A stretch of 52,095 nt of DNA from an uncultured Pseudomonadota bacterium (GTDB lineage: Bacteria; Myxococcota_A; Polyangia; Fen-1088). The translations under genes were made by a program, and so were the position numbers. Of this stretch, positions 49,962 through 52,095 are shown in pieces. The stretch spans positions 1 through 52,095 of the forward strand of contig CAWKBC010000019.1 in assembly GCA_963847705.1 (NCBI GenBank), in the 5' to 3' direction. The notes below the pieces were generated by a model. That model had not been told where the DNA came from. It made no database searches and saw nothing but the letters and a program-made list of their open reading frames with translations. Positions within the stretch are counted from its first letter, which is position 1; the number at the start of each line of letters is the position of its first letter.

Positions 49962-50459
49962 TCATTTGGCCGGCGGTCGGTCGGCGATGGGGACGGCGAC
50001 GGCGATCGGGCGGGAGAGGCTCGAGGCGATCTTGGCCGCCGCCAGCACGCGCGGCCCGGTCGGGAACACCACGTCGATCTTGCCCGAGCCCGGCGAGCCG
50101 GCGACCACCCCGACGCCGAACTGCGGGTGGGTGATCCGCTCGCCCGCCGCGTACGCGGCGCTGGCTGCGTAAGGACGGGAAGGCTTCGACGGGTCGAACG
50201 CCGGCGCGACCAGGACCGGGGCGGGCGTCTTGGCGCTCTTGGAGCGCCCGGCTGAGAAGCTGCGCGTGCTGCGCCCCGCTTTGGGCGCGTCGGCCTCCGC
50301 GATGTCGTTTTCGTTGCGATAGCGGTGATGTCCGCCGCAGCGCTTGCAGACCACCTTGGCGATCTTCTCGCCCATCTTGGCCATCACAACGTGCCAGACC
50401 TGGCCGCACCGACCGCAGAGCGCTTCGATATCCTGTCCTACTCCCGGCGTCGGTGGCAT
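49962..50459 (-). CDS. Hypothetical protein: Zn ribbon + C-terminal Tudor/SH3-like domain
   Basis: CGRC ... CKRC..HH; GERITHPQFGVGVV ... IDVVF..G.RVL resembles the UvrD/PcrA C-terminal domain. Confidence 0.75.
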   Translation of the reverse strand: MPPTPGVGQDIEALCGRCGQVWHVVMAKMGEKIAKVVCKRCGGHHRYRNENDIAEADAPKAGRSTRSFSAGRSKSAKTPAPVLVAPAFDPSKPSRPYAASAAYAAGERITHPQFGVGVVAGSPGSGKIDVVFPTGPRVLAAAKIASSLSRPIAVAVPIADRPPAK

Positions 50460-50477
50460 GGCGCTAACTTAGCGCGC

Positions 50478-52094
<1,617 letters not shown>

Positions 52095-52095
52095 C

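Overview
GC-rich bacterial window, probably Myxococcota/Polyangia-like (inferred from a CdnL orthologue, a Gly-rich secreted lipoprotein and codon bias). The core backbone is rsmD-coaD-aspC, an rpoD-type sigma factor, etfBA, cdnL, iscS-thiI-larE, hrcA-grpE-dnaJ, rlmD, rlmI, an M16 protease pair and a B12-dependent acyl-CoA mutase with isobutyryl-CoA mutase signature residues. Directly after aspC is a visibly lower-GC insert (about 1.9-5.0 kb) encoding a SIR2-like protein, a helical-domain/TIR protein and a Zn-ribbon/DUF4145 (HEPN) protein. This is the best candidate for an undescribed anti-phage system. A patchwork accessory region with decayed genes follows it. A second notable locus is a MotB/OmpA-like protein, an outer-membrane beta-barrel, a 13-heme cytochrome c and a YcbK/MepK peptidase, a candidate porin-cytochrome conduit. 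Other signals are recurring TAnnnT-N6-start (leaderless-type) promoters, a probable CTG start for dnaJ, a 13-bp tandem array in the cdnL 3' UTR, a 64-bp promoter duplication, and several single-base frameshifts that look like long-read errors. I recognised no tRNA, rRNA, CRISPR array or integrase. All family calls come from motif recognition, not database searches.
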